From contig NC_087437.1 in assembly GCF_036321535.1 (NCBI RefSeq), positions 56,794,001 through 56,858,000 of the forward strand: 64,000 nt of DNA, read 5' to 3'. Source of the DNA: Camelus dromedarius (Eukaryota). Made by a program: the position numbers and the translations under genes. A model generated the notes under the pieces. It made no database searches. It was not told where the DNA came from and saw nothing but the letters and a program-made list of their open reading frames with translations. Positions 42,303 to 54,249 of this stretch are shown piece after piece (the stretch's first letter is position 1; each line of letters opens with the position of its first letter).

Positions 42303-43279
42303 TGAGAGTGAGGCTCAACTCCTGGTCTCATTACTCTTAAGCTTGAGCACTTGGGCTATCCGCTTCACGTATTTGAGCTTCAGTTTTCTACCCTGTTATA
42401 TGTAAATAATAATACCCCTTAGCAAGGTTGTTACGAGAATTAAATAATGATACAAATTTTCAGTCATATTTTCTCCCTTTCTCTTCTTAGATTCTCCATC
42501 TATCACTGGGTGTTCCTCTTCTCTTCCTACTTCTTCATATGCTTTTACCTCTACTTTAAAGTAACAGAATTTCTCTATCGTGTGTCATTGCATAAGTAAT
42601 TTACGTAGGGGTATATAATGTGCAGAAGTCTGTAAAATGGCTTAAATGTACCATGGTTTTATTCCTGGAATAAACTGTGGCTATGTCTACTGCTACAGAA
42701 CAGTTAAGTCAAACCTTTGAATTAGGTCAACAAAATCCACAAATAGGGTGGAATCTTTGGACTGTCTAAGCAGGGACAGATCTGGAATAAATCAGCCACA
42801 GATATCACTTGCCAGCATGCTAAGGGTTGCGTTTCAAATAAGAGTAGAAGGTACGTCAAGAAGATTGGCTTCTAGTAGCATTATAATGTGTCCGCTAAGT
42901 CTATATTGAGAGTTTTCCATCATGTGGATTCAAGTTAACATAATCATTTTATGGCAGTAATGTCTAAACAAGGATCCACAATTAGGCTGTATTTTTATCT
43001 TGACTTGTGAACTATCACTGCCAACTACTCAAATTTCAAGCTTGTTGAGACATATGTTATCCCTAGAAACTCTTCATAAAAATGAAGCATTTTACTGTCC
43101 CACCAATTCAGTGTGCTCTGGTCAGTTCTCCATCTAGATCTAAATTAACCATGTAACAGTTCCTACACTAGTGAACAGTATTTTAAATGGCTTTTAAAGC
43201 AAAAACAAAAAAGAGAAAATGTATTTCTATTCGTGCAAAAACATAATCTGACTTGGGTTCTCTTTTCCAGCTTTTTAAA

Positions 43280-43460
43280 TAGTGAGGCAGAATGAAGTCG
43301 TGGGAAAAAGACTGGATATGGGATTAGGAAAGTCTGTATTCGAAATCTGGCTCTGCTGCTACTTCCTAGCTGTGTGATCTTACAAAGTTACCTAACTTAT
43401 CTAGCCTCAGTTTCCTTATCTATCAAATGGGGATCCAACGGTGAATTAAATGAGCTAATA
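43280..43460 (+). mobile_element. MIR SINE
   Basis: gtattcgaaatctggctctgctgctacttcctagctgtgtgatctt...cctcagtttccttatctatcaaatgggg. Confidence 0.85.
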
Positions 43461-43619
43461 ATGACCTGACAATATAACAACCTTTTGGACTTAATAACTT
43501 ATTTTTTTAAATTCATGTCTGTAATGTTGCAAATGTGATTAGTAGGAAATGGGAATGAAAGAAACTTTCAGACAGAGGCAGGAATATTTTGGTTAAAAGG
43601 AAATTAAAGTACCAGAGAA

Positions 43620-43850
43620 CAAGAGCAAGATAAAAATGATTACAACGTCTGCATTTGTAGTCCACATGCCGCAGTTCAGTATTTTTAGGTTTCTTAGTGA
43701 CAGCCTTCCCAGTATAGCAACGTTAATTGCAAAGTAGCTGTCAGTTTCACTGACAAGCTTGTGCACCTGACTTAGGGTGAAACTATTCACCGTTTCCATA
43801 CATGATCATTTAATTTAAGGGTCGAAAGTATCCACCAATAAATCAGGTTG
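43620..43850. promoter_or_regulatory. OSTN: Candidate OSTN proximal enhancer (~-680 to -450)
   Basis: Non-repetitive block with degenerate MEF2-like sites (43630-43688), TGACAG/CTGTCA MEIS sites (43698, 43738) and an ATAAATCA PBX-HOX site (43838-43845); function is inferred. Confidence 0.45.
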
Positions 43851-44094
43851 GGTTTCTGATTTTGTCTTCCTAAATTTACTTTGAAATACCCTAGTGACTT
43901 ATTTTTAAAACAAATCTTAGTGCATCCTATTTCCCAAATGTGATTTGTAATTATCAAAGTTGTACTAAAACCTCAGGAAGGGGTGATGGGTCTAAGGCTG
44001 AACACTGTAATAAATGTGTACTTAAATTTTCCACAGCTCATTCTCCTATTGCTACTTAAATGCCATGATCAAAGCAATAGATAGAACAGATTTG

Positions 44095-44170
44095 GAGAGG
44101 AAGAATAGGAGAGGACAAGAGAGAGACAGGGATTGGGAGAGAGAGAAAAAAAGAATGAGAGAGAGAGATT
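44095..44170. repeat. GA-rich purine tract in the OSTN promoter
   Basis: gagagg...gagagagaaaaaaagaatgagagagagaga. Confidence 0.8.
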
Positions 44171-44268
44171 GATGAGAAGCTTGGGAAAATATTCAGTGGA
44201 AAAATCTGTAGAAATGATGTAAGAGAAAGCAGAGGCAGGGATTGGAGTAAGGGGTGTATAACTGAGAC

Positions 44269-44276
44269 TATAAAAA
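44269..44276 (+). promoter_or_regulatory. OSTN: TATA box of OSTN
   Basis: TATAAAAA 30 nt upstream of a TCA(+1)G initiator-like site at 44299, followed by a short exon ending in a consensus donor. Confidence 0.8.
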
Positions 44277-44298
44277 CTCAGAGAGAAAACTCACCATC

Positions 44299-44365
44299 AG
44301 AGCTGAGTTTGGGAGAAACTGCACAGAGAGGAATCTAAAGTTAGAATCTCCTGACTTTTCACAAG
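44299..44365 (+). other. OSTN: OSTN exon 1 (non-coding 5' UTR, ~67 nt; start approximate)
   Basis: ATG-free exon ending AAG|GTAAGT; resembles the human OSTN 5' UTR as I recall it (ctgagttt..gagaaactgca...ctaaagttagaatctcctga); exon 2 starts with ATG, so an upstream UTR exon is required. Confidence 0.85.
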
Positions 44366-46156
44366 GTAAGTTATTTAAAAGCTGATAAGATTTAGGTTTT
44401 TTTATTTTCCTTTTAACTTTTTGAAAAAAGTTTTTTTCACATACTTGTTAGATGTCTTGATTATACCTTGATTTTGTTAAAATTAGAGTCTTTTTTGATA
44501 CTATTTTCCTCTCTGAAAATGAGTAAAAACTCTTAAGATATATTTGTAATGCAGAGTGGAGATAATTGCTTGCTCAGGCATTTTATATTTATTACATTAT
44601 TTTTGTTTTATTTTCCGTTTCAAAACAAAGAGAAAGGGAACGCAGGATAATGATTCTATATGTATGTTAGATGTATTAATTTTGCTTTCATCAAATATGT
44701 CCAGTGTTAGGAAATTCTTAAATGTACAAAGTGGTCTAATTTTTTAAATGCAGGTAGAAAAGAAAGGTTTTCTCTTATCTTTATTTCTGTCAATACTGGA
44801 ACTTAAGAAACATCCTTAAATTAATCAAATTCTAAATTCCATCTTCTACCTTCTTCAAACCCACACTATCCTCTGTTTTTCTTCTTATAAAACTCAAATA
44901 GGCAAGTGTGATATTGCTAACATAGGTTAGACTCAGATCATGTCTCTTCTTCAGTATTTAAAGTGTTCTTGCTATGGAGTTAGTGAATTAAGAGTTAATC
45001 TCAAACACACATCTGAGTTCTGTTTAAGGAGAAATTTAAAATTTTGTTTTAGGTTTTGATCGGTGGAAGCTGTGTATACTCAATAAATTCAGTCTAGCAA
45101 TACCAAATATTGCTCCTTTGAATCAGAATCTCTAGGATAGGAATGTGAATACTGTTTGTTTATAAGTTACCTTCCTAGAAATTAGATAATTTTAACAGTG
45201 ACTTATGATGATGTTAATGCCCACATAAGCTATAGAATTGACAGGACTGTGTTTAATGGTCTCCCCACAAACCTCAGGCACGTCTTGTGTCTTCTCTTTA
45301 CTTTGGTACTATGCTTCAGAACCCTTATAGAACTTTTCTAGGGAGAGCCTCCTGTAGATATGAATTCATCTTCTCTTTCTAAGTGAATTGCACTGTGGCT
45401 TCATTCAGTAAGATATTTAAGGTGGACATTTGCCTTCTCCCTGTTATTTTTCAGGGTTTTAAACTGATTTTTACACAATGAATCATGGGCAATAAAGAAG
45501 CAGATATGTTCAGTGAACTAGGTTTGGGGATCTCAGGGCTATAATTTTAACTTCTTATTCAAATACTGTAAATGATTTGAACATCTGTTTAATAAAATTA
45601 GATTAATTGAGCTTGTCTCCAAGGAACAGAACTTAAAGTAAGCAGTCCCAAAATATTACCCCAACTCCATCACTAAGCAGTCGTGCAGCTTCAGGCAGGC
45701 TTAAGCACAGAGTAGGACTCAACAATATTTTGCTGTTATTGAAAGAGATGAAAGAACTTAAAAGTGCCAGGGATGCCAAATGCACCACTGACCTGGGGCA
45801 GCTCCCAAGTCAGTGTTCCCTGAATTAGACAATGAAGACTGAGTATCATGGAATCTTGAGGCTAATCTTCAAACATCATCTAGTTTAATCTCCTTGCCAA
45901 TATTTCATCCACTGTGACCTCTACCCACCAGACAAGTTTTGCTTAGGTTCAATGCTGTCATTGGAGGAACACAGCTTTGGAGTCAAACTTCTAATCCCAG
46001 TCTTGACTTCAGTAGCTTTTGCTCAGCCTCCTAGGGACTTCCTCTCCCCTCAGTAAATCTGGAGTCCATGTGGCTACAAAAGGTGAGCCACAAGTTCCCT
46101 CCTAGCCCTGGGCACGTCTCTACACAGGCCAACTCCCATGTGTCTGAAGATTAGAG

Positions 46157-46166
46157 CTATTTTTAG
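46157..46166. promoter_or_regulatory. Perfect MEF2 consensus CTATTTTTAG in OSTN intron 1
   Basis: agCTATTTTTAGct with E-boxes CATGTG (46067, 46137) and CACCTG (46230) nearby; motif match only. Confidence 0.35.
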
Positions 46167-46589
46167 CTGAGCCCTCCTTCTCCTTTCTCCAAATAATTCT
46201 CAGCACCTCTCTGGAGCAATGGTTAGCATCACCTGCCAGTAACTGCTGGTGCCTTGGTTGGCTTGTACTGGCTGTTGCCGCTCTCCCTTATCGATGTCTC
46301 AGTACTCAAGCCTCAGCACAAAGCACCCTCTCCATCCAGGAACAACTCCTCTGCCATGCCTCCTCCTGCCCCCTACTCCTCTCCATCCATTTTATATCTC
46401 CCCTTCATCTCCTCTCCCCTGGACAAGTTAATTACCTCTGAGTCTGACTTTCTCCATCTACTGACAATGGGTAAATTCCACAATTTCTAACGAGCGCCCC
46501 CTTCCTTTCTAAAATTCTATGACACAGAAGAGTTTAAACACGTGAAAAATGCACTTTTAAAATATCACCTGGGCTCCTCCTGATAACTT

Positions 46590-46872
46590 GGCTACTGACC
46601 CACCAAGTGATGGCTTTCCACGGACCTCCCCGTGGCTTCCCGGTGGTCCCACTTTGGTGGTTGCATTTCCTTGCAAACTCTGACTTGTCCATTCACACCA
46701 GGGCTCCAAGAGGATTGGAAAGTGACATTCTCTCTTCCTCTACCTCCTCTGCTGCCCAATCGTCTCCAGCTGCTCCCATGCTTGTGTAAAGCCGAGTTCC
46801 TATAACAAGGTCCTTAATTCCCATAACGCCTGCGGTGCCTCTTCTTCCATGACACAGCCTGACGATGCTATA
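46590..46872 (+). mobile_element. Ancient ERVL-type LTR relic
   Basis: 3' end gttcctataacaaggtccttaattcccataac...cagcctgacgatgctatac resembles ERVL LTR termini. Confidence 0.4.
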
Positions 46873-47369
46873 CTGCCAATACTGAAACACTGTGAAGGCC
46901 ATGACTCTAACAACACAGTGATTTATTAAATGAAATCAATAGAGATATCTTGTGAACTATAAAACAAAATATATATCATATAAAATTATATTAAAATTCA
47001 ACTAAAAATTTACTTTTGTTGATTTAATTAGACCTTGAAAATAATTACGTTTTAAGTATAACTGAGGTATCTTCCCTTTGTTCTCTTCTCATTATGGTAT
47101 CCTTTAGAGTTGTATGTATTAATGATAATGTATAGTATACTGTAACGTTAAATGTCAGAATGATTGCCACTTATAACTCTTTTTAACAATATTTCCTTTC
47201 ACCCAATCAGTATTACCTTCTTTATTATATTCCTATCACTCTGCTATAATTCTAGATTCCAAGGACTAATTTTATTCCTTAAAAGAACAAGGATAAAATT
47301 TTTTTCATAAAAATTAAAAAGCAGAAAGACATATTTTGAAAATTTGCCATTTTTAGAAGACAATATCAG

Positions 47370-47765
47370 GATAATAACTATTGCTTTTTGAGTAACCACT
47401 TTGTGCTAGTCCCTTTATCCGTATTATTTCTAATCCTTACAATAAATCTACAAAGTAAGTCTTTGCCCCATTTTCCTGACGAAGACACAAAGACAAAGGG
47501 GCTAAGTAACATTTCCAGTCAGGAGACATATCCAGGTCTGTGTAACTGAAGACAAACCAGTCTCTTTCCACTGACTGCTTTTGTTGTCTTAGGAAGTATG
47601 CATGCAAGACCAGGAGTCAGGAGACGAGCGTTCTAAAGTAGCCCGGGTTGTGTCAGTTCATCTATTAAAAAAAAAGGTTATAAGATTTTCCATACAGATT
47701 GAACATGACTGTTGTGAAGATGAAAGGAGATAGATGGATTTCAAAATAATAAAGTACTATGCAAA
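47370..47765. mobile_element. Two MIR fragments (- then +)
   Basis: tattatttctaatccttacaataaatctacaaagtaag...ccccattttcctgacgaagacac; then ccaggagtcaggagac...gttgtgaagatgaaaggaga. Confidence 0.7.
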
Positions 47766-48755
47766 TGTTTTTAAAAAAAAAAGGTATTTATAACAATTGT
47801 ACTTGAAGGAAATACACTTGAACAATTGTACTTGAAGAAAGAGTCTGCTCTTGCAGGAGGAGGTCCTTGGCTGGGCAGGGCAAGCGGTTGGAAAGCTTTC
47901 ACCTCCATCAGGCTGTGAGCAACTAGATGACCAGGAGCGTGTATTTTCATGTTTATATTCCTAGTGCCTGATATACAGTGTATACCTCGTATTCAACATC
48001 TTGTTGTTGAGGATTATAAAATTTATATTTTGGGCTCTTCATTTATATTTTAGATTACTTTTTGTTGATTATATTGGCTAGTTTAATGTAATTAAAATGT
48101 AATCTAATAATTATTAATATTATATGTAAGTACAAAGTGGGGTAAATGGTGAAGGAGGTGTTAATATTCCACATTATCCTGATTCCTATATATGCCATAG
48201 GTAACTGCGTCTATCATTTAGGTATCAACTTTGCCCTTTGAAAGCCTTTTTATACCACATAAAAATGACTTAGGTGTCAAACGGCCAAGTAGCTTGTTTA
48301 TGTGCAACTCTACAAGCTTTTCCTTATCTATGGTCTTAAAGATTCTTGTTTCCACCATTACTAATTATTAGAATTAAACAATAAATTTGCTTATCAGAAC
48401 TGTACAGAATCATACACAAAGTTCTCTTCTATTCTTAGAAGACATAGTTTTATATGACAAAGCATAATAATTCAGGGATCTAAGTGCAAATTAAAATTTG
48501 ACAAGGAGAAATCTTAAACTATACTGGGATAATTGTTAGGGAATATTGATACATGTTCCTTTCATTAGAATGAGAATCTGTGATGTGAAACATTAATGGA
48601 CATACCAGGATTCTGGCATGAACTTCAGCACATATTACTGTGGTTTTAAAACCTGGACAAATCTCTTCACATCTCTAAGCCTCAGTTTCTATATCAATAA
48701 AACTGAGACATGTATAACTGTCCCACATTTCTGTTTACCTATCACATAAAGCTGT

Positions 48756-48885
48756 TTCATTCATTCATTCATTCATTCATTCATTCATTTATTCAACAAA
48801 TGATGTCGACTCTATGCCAAGCATTCTGTTGGGTGTTGAGATACAATGGTGATGACATGGTTCTGACCCTCAAGGAGTTTACAGT
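48756..48885 (-). mobile_element. L2 3' end with (TTCA)n tail
   Basis: (ttca)n ttcaacaaatgatgtcgactctatgccaagcattctgttgggtgttgag...ctgaccctcaaggagtttacagt. Confidence 0.85.
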
Positions 48886-50335
48886 AACAACTAAACACTT
48901 TGTTAAACACACATACATGGACTTTTTAATAATGAGATCTTCCTTTAAAGTATCATGGTAGGTTTCTGCCTTCTTAAATGTTTACAAGAAAGATATTAGT
49001 AGTATGATTGAAAATTCCAAATAGAAAAAAAATTAAGATATTTAACCACAAAATTTTATGATTTTGGAAGGCGATTGTGTCTGAAAAAAAATGAAAATGA
49101 TACCAGATAGAATAAAAATCAGTTAACGCATGTATACTAGTAAATTATCATTCTTCCTGATTTGTAGCATTCAGGGAAGCTCATTTTAAAATGCAAGTGT
49201 CTGCCACATTAAGAACATCTCATCCATAAACATTTTACTTTATAAGCAAATTTGTTTTGGAGATGGGAAAATGTTTTCTACTTCTACAAATAGGTTATAC
49301 TTGAAGGAGCATGAAACTGAGAGTCTTACAGTGTACACTGTTGCTCCAGCTCTTCCTCTAACTGGCTTTGTGACTTTGGAAAATTTACTACTGTGATTGA
49401 AGAGCAATGAGAAAGGAGAAAGAACACATTCCTGACATTTTAAGTGTTTAAAAAAACGGAAATGTTAAATTTCTCGGTCTCAGTTTGCACCTTCCCTGCA
49501 AAATCATACTCAAAATACAAAGCAAATGCCTATCACACAATCTACTGAAAATAGCAAATTTCACAAAGAGACTTTTAAGTAAACGGCTCAACAGCAGGAG
49601 TTTTCTCAGATGTGTCTTTGTGAGAATGGCATAGATGACACACATGTCGATGACAGAAGCCGCAAATTGTAATTCAGTTGCTCTTGGGTGAAAATCTCTC
49701 AACGATTTTAAATTTTACATCTGAGTTTACGAGGATCAGAAACTAACCCCCCACTTCCGAAGTTCTAAGTGCCACAGCCACACTTGGTCCTCTCGTTTGT
49801 GGAGCCGATGGCACTAAAGACTGTGGAACTGCAGTGCCAGTAAAGAAGGGACTTCAGCAAGAAAGTGTCTCAAGCCCCTGGTTGCTTCTTTCATCAACAC
49901 CATGTTCAAATGTCACTCATTGAAGTATCAAGATTATCTGTATAATGTCAAACTGTGATGTATCCTCTTGATTTGTAACATGAGCATTGCTGATTGTCTC
50001 TGTGAATGGCTTCCAGTTCCTTAGGTAGTTGCTGAGTATAAGCTTTACTTTCCCTGGACTTGACTTGTAACACCTGCCTTCAGCTCAGTAGTAATCACTT
50101 TTATACCATGTAGTTAATCTTTCCACATTACCTTATAGTTTACAAACTGTTTTCATGCAAGTTCCCATTGAAAAGTTTCACCTATGATCAAATAAAAACA
50201 AAAAAGATGCAGTATTTTTTCACAGATAAATGTACATCTTTATACATTTTATTTGCTAATAATATTAAATATAAAATTAAATGTTTCTATTGCTCTTACT
50301 TGGCAATAAGGCAAATCCATAATGATTTGTTCTCA

Positions 50336-50490
50336 TTGTAAATTAATTAGTTTTAAATTAACTAAAATTAATTAATTAAAATGTTGTGAATTCATAAAAT
50401 GAGTTTTATTGGACAATTTTGACAGTTAAAGTATCTTGCTGAAGGTCACCTGGCACAGCAAAGACACATTCTTAACCTTGAAATCTAATT
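50336..50490 (+). repeat. Local direct repeat, copy 1
   Basis: Core 50365-50463 matches 51555-51653 ungapped with about 13 mismatches in 99 nt (hand count). Confidence 0.9.
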
Positions 50491-50988
50491 CTGAGTTTTC
50501 CTCACCATCACAGAAATATTTTTCTGATGCTGAATATCTATTTATTGACTGAAAGAGTTTAATTTTTTTAATTAGTGTATCTAAAGATTTTTGAAGAAAC
50601 AGCATGTGAAAAATGTATGTGCATATGTGGGTGTATAAGTGAAACTGGTGGTGTTTCAGATCTCTGAAAATTCTTAGTATCAAAAATTCCAATTGGAATT
50701 GGAATTGGAATTTTTGATAGGAATTTTGTGTTCACTAATACAAAAATTTGTGATTGCTGTGAAAATTGTCTAATGATTCTTTTATCTTGATAGACTATTT
50801 AGTACAAATGCAGAGGAATAGGGATTCAGTAAAATCTTTACACTTTTTAGCATTGATTATGTGATTTTAAAAATTCATATCTGATAATGAGTTAAATATT
50901 GTACTATCCTCTCTTTCTCTGAGCCCAAAAGAGGGGCTATAACTACTGCCTGCTATGGCATCTGGATCCTCCCTCAGCTCTAACAATT

Positions 50989-51130
50989 TTTGTTGTTATT
51001 ATTTTTTTGGATTTTGGGGGGGAGGTAATTAGGTTTGTTTATTTATTTTTAATGGAAGAACTGGGGATTGAACCCAGGACCTCATGCATGCTAGGCATGC
51101 ACTCTACTGTTGAGCTATACCCTCCCCTCT
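50989..51130 (-). mobile_element. Vic-1-type SINE with TSD
   Basis: ggggggaggtaattaggtttg...ctggggattgaacccaggacctcatgcatgc...gagctataccctcccc; TSD tctaacaatt at 50979-50988 and 51131-51140. Confidence 0.93.
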
Positions 51131-51232
51131 TCTAACAATTCTTGTTTTGAAAGTGTGGAGGAATTGAGTATAGTGACTTAAGCATGATGGAAAAAAAAAA
51201 CTCAAGTAAACGTTTGAAAGTCAATAGATAGA

Positions 51233-51399
51233 CCATATTTCATCCATTCTGATGCACATTTAACATCTCTGAAATTAGCATGAGTCTTATACTTGATAGC
51301 ACATCATAATTTAACTGGTAGCATTTTTTCTTTCTTAAAATACATTTTAAAAATGGGATCTCTTACCATAAATGACATCTGAAAATCAAAGATTTAAAG
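51233..51399 (+). mobile_element. MER104-like (TcMar-Tc2) MITE
   Basis: ccatatttcatccattctgatgcacatttaacatctctgaaatt...tcataatttaactggtagcattttttctttctta resembles MER104. Confidence 0.8.
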
Positions 51400-51525
51400 T
51401 TTGCCCAGAGTCATTCAGTAAAAGAGCAGTGGAGCCAAGGCAGGCCTGAGTCTCAGAACCCCTGGATCAGGTCCCTCTCTATCACAACAAGCCACACAGA
51501 TGGTGTGTTAACCATCATCCCTTTT

Positions 51526-51681
51526 TTGTGAATTAATTAAATAGTTTTCAATTCAAATTAATTAGTTAGAATGTTGTTAATTCATAAAATGAGTTTTCTT
51601 AGACAATTTTGACCATTTAAGCCTCTTGCTTAAGGTCACCTAGCACAGCAAGGCCATTAGCCCTATCCTTCAAGTCTAATT
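51526..51681 (+). repeat. Local direct repeat, copy 2
   Basis: aattcataaaatgagttttcttagacaattttgac...aaggtcacctagcacagca is shared with 50336-50490. Confidence 0.9.
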
Positions 51682-54249
51682 TTAAAATAAAAAATGACAG
51701 ATACTCTGTTATCTACTATTCTGGAAGCTTTTCTCTGTTAACAAAATGACCTGAGTGATCACGACTTTACAGGGCAGGTAAAGGTACATTGAAGAACTCA
51801 CTCTTTCTTAACAGATTTACTGGGGGGCCCAGCTGACTCACCACTTGCCTAGAAGACCACCTCCACCTTCAGAGAAAGGAGATTGTGGGACTGTTGTGTG
51901 CAGGCACACGCAGTCACTTCCCCATGTCAGAACTAGGGACACTTCATAACACGTCCTGTTAAATCTCACTTAAATGTCTGCAATGTCAAAGTAGAAGGAG
52001 AAAGTTTTTTTTTTTTAAGTTAATTACTTTTTAAGTCGCTTACCTTTAATTAAGTCTTTATTTTTAATTTCTTTTGAAAATAAGGTGAATAGAGTCTATT
52101 TTGAATAATTCCAATCAAGAACTTAGGATAAATAAGAAATTCCCAAAAATCATCAAGATTCACTTCCAAAACTCAGTCCTCTTGTGAGTTTCTAATGGTT
52201 CGATCTACTATCCCTAAGTCAGACGTTGTTGAAGATCAGTTTCCTTAGTCACCTGAGTGATTTGTTTCTCTTCAACACCAGCCCTCAAAGGCAGAGAGCT
52301 TGGATCAGTGATTGCCAATCTTTCCTTTTTCTGCCTCAGCCCACTTGAGAGATTTTTTTTTCCCACAGTAACAATGACTCATTGCAGCACCGATTCTCAA
52401 TAATGCAAATGCCTTTCTTCATTTTAACAGGCTTCTCATTTAATCCTAGTTTAAATATAATTAAACCAGTTATTTTACTACTAGACTTTCAGAGCATTTA
52501 AAATGTCAGTATGTACTGTCATTGTTCTAAAGGAACATACAATATGTAGAGCTGCATCCCATACTTCAGTGACAAACTTCATACCTCCCCACCTTGCTCC
52601 CTCCACCGCCTCTCCTGCCAGAGATTGGAGGACCCCCCTTCGGGATATAATGAATTCTTACATGTGAAAAGTCTTTGAAACAGTTTCACTTGGTAGACCA
52701 ACTGGCTGAAAATGAATGAGCTACACATCTAATCTTCTTATGAGGTGGATGCCATGCCCACTGTCCCTCTTAAACTTCCTCACATCAGAGGAATATTATT
52801 CAGAAATTACTCAATAAAAATTATCATTGTACTGAAAAAATTGCAAACACCTTCACTATGGTGTAGTCACACAGTGAATATCCTTTGAGTGTCATTTCTG
52901 CGATCTGGAGTGTGCATGGGGCCGAGTAGATTTTTAAGTCACTGGCTATATTTACCCACTATCAACAAAATAGGGAAACAGAGCTGAACGCAGTCTTTTC
53001 CTTCCCTCCCTATAATTTCCTCTGTTTCTAATTTTGTAGCAATCAAGTTTCAACTAGTTAATCAAATGTCTTTTGTGTGGCAGGTGCCAGGGTGTTTGTT
53101 TTCATTAGTGTACCAACTGCCATATTTAGGAACTTGGCCTTTTGGTTAACTGGCTGCAAGCATGGCTTTAAACCATTAAATGTGTGTATTTAAACTCAGC
53201 ATTTATTTTTACATCTCCCTATCCAAATAATCAGGATGTGGTTATCTGTAAGACGATGCATTATGACTTTTTTCCTATATACACCCAAGCACAAAAATAT
53301 ATGCCTCAGACATAATCATCAATATTATAAACACCCATCATCCTGTACCATTCATAAGACTGCAGAGATGAAGGGAAACCTGGTTAGTAAAATGTGCATA
53401 AAAATAGTTGAAGGAAATCCACATGGAAAGGCTTATAAAATTGAGCAATTTCACACTTTGTAACCTGTTTTTAACATGATAAAAAATAAGGAAGGAAAAC
53501 ATGGCAAATTGCAGTTTATCTTTGATTGAATGAGAGAGCTATTTTTTAAAAAAAGATATGCCAGAAATATGAGATCATTTTAAAAACACAGTTATGTTTT
53601 TAATATATCTTCCCTTTTGTGGAGAAAAGTCAGAGACATCAGCAAAATCAGAAGGAAAAAATATGTTCCAAGGCTGGTCTTTTTAAAGGAATAAATAATG
53701 CAGTTTGGGGTTGGTATTTTTACCAGATAACTGATACATTTGTTCTTGTTATTTTTCTACTGTCTCAATTTAGAGAAATAATCATGATTAATTGTTTTTT
53801 GATACTCACCAAAAAACTCAAATATCAAATATCAATTTGTCAGAAAGAGAACACAAAGAATTTCCTGCTCCCTTCCAGAAAGTGTTGAATACAGAGAAGC
53901 AGCTAGTGACCAACATTATGTGACTAGATTCCAAAATAGAGTAATTGGTGACATAATGAAGAACTAGTTTAGACTACATTACATGAAAATTAAGATTCTA
54001 TTTGATAAGTAAATAATATAGATAATGCTAAAATACTTTATTGCCATGTTAAGTCTTAGTATGCATGGTTAATAAGATTCTACTCTATCAACATAGAACA
54101 CTTATTTGTCTGTATTACAGAGGATACATTTATTACTAAAATCTGCACTGAGATTTCATAGTAACAATATTTTAAGGAAATGTCATAAAAGAAAACCTTG
54201 AGTCACACCAAAGAAAATGTAGTTACCAAAGAAATATTCAGTAACATCT

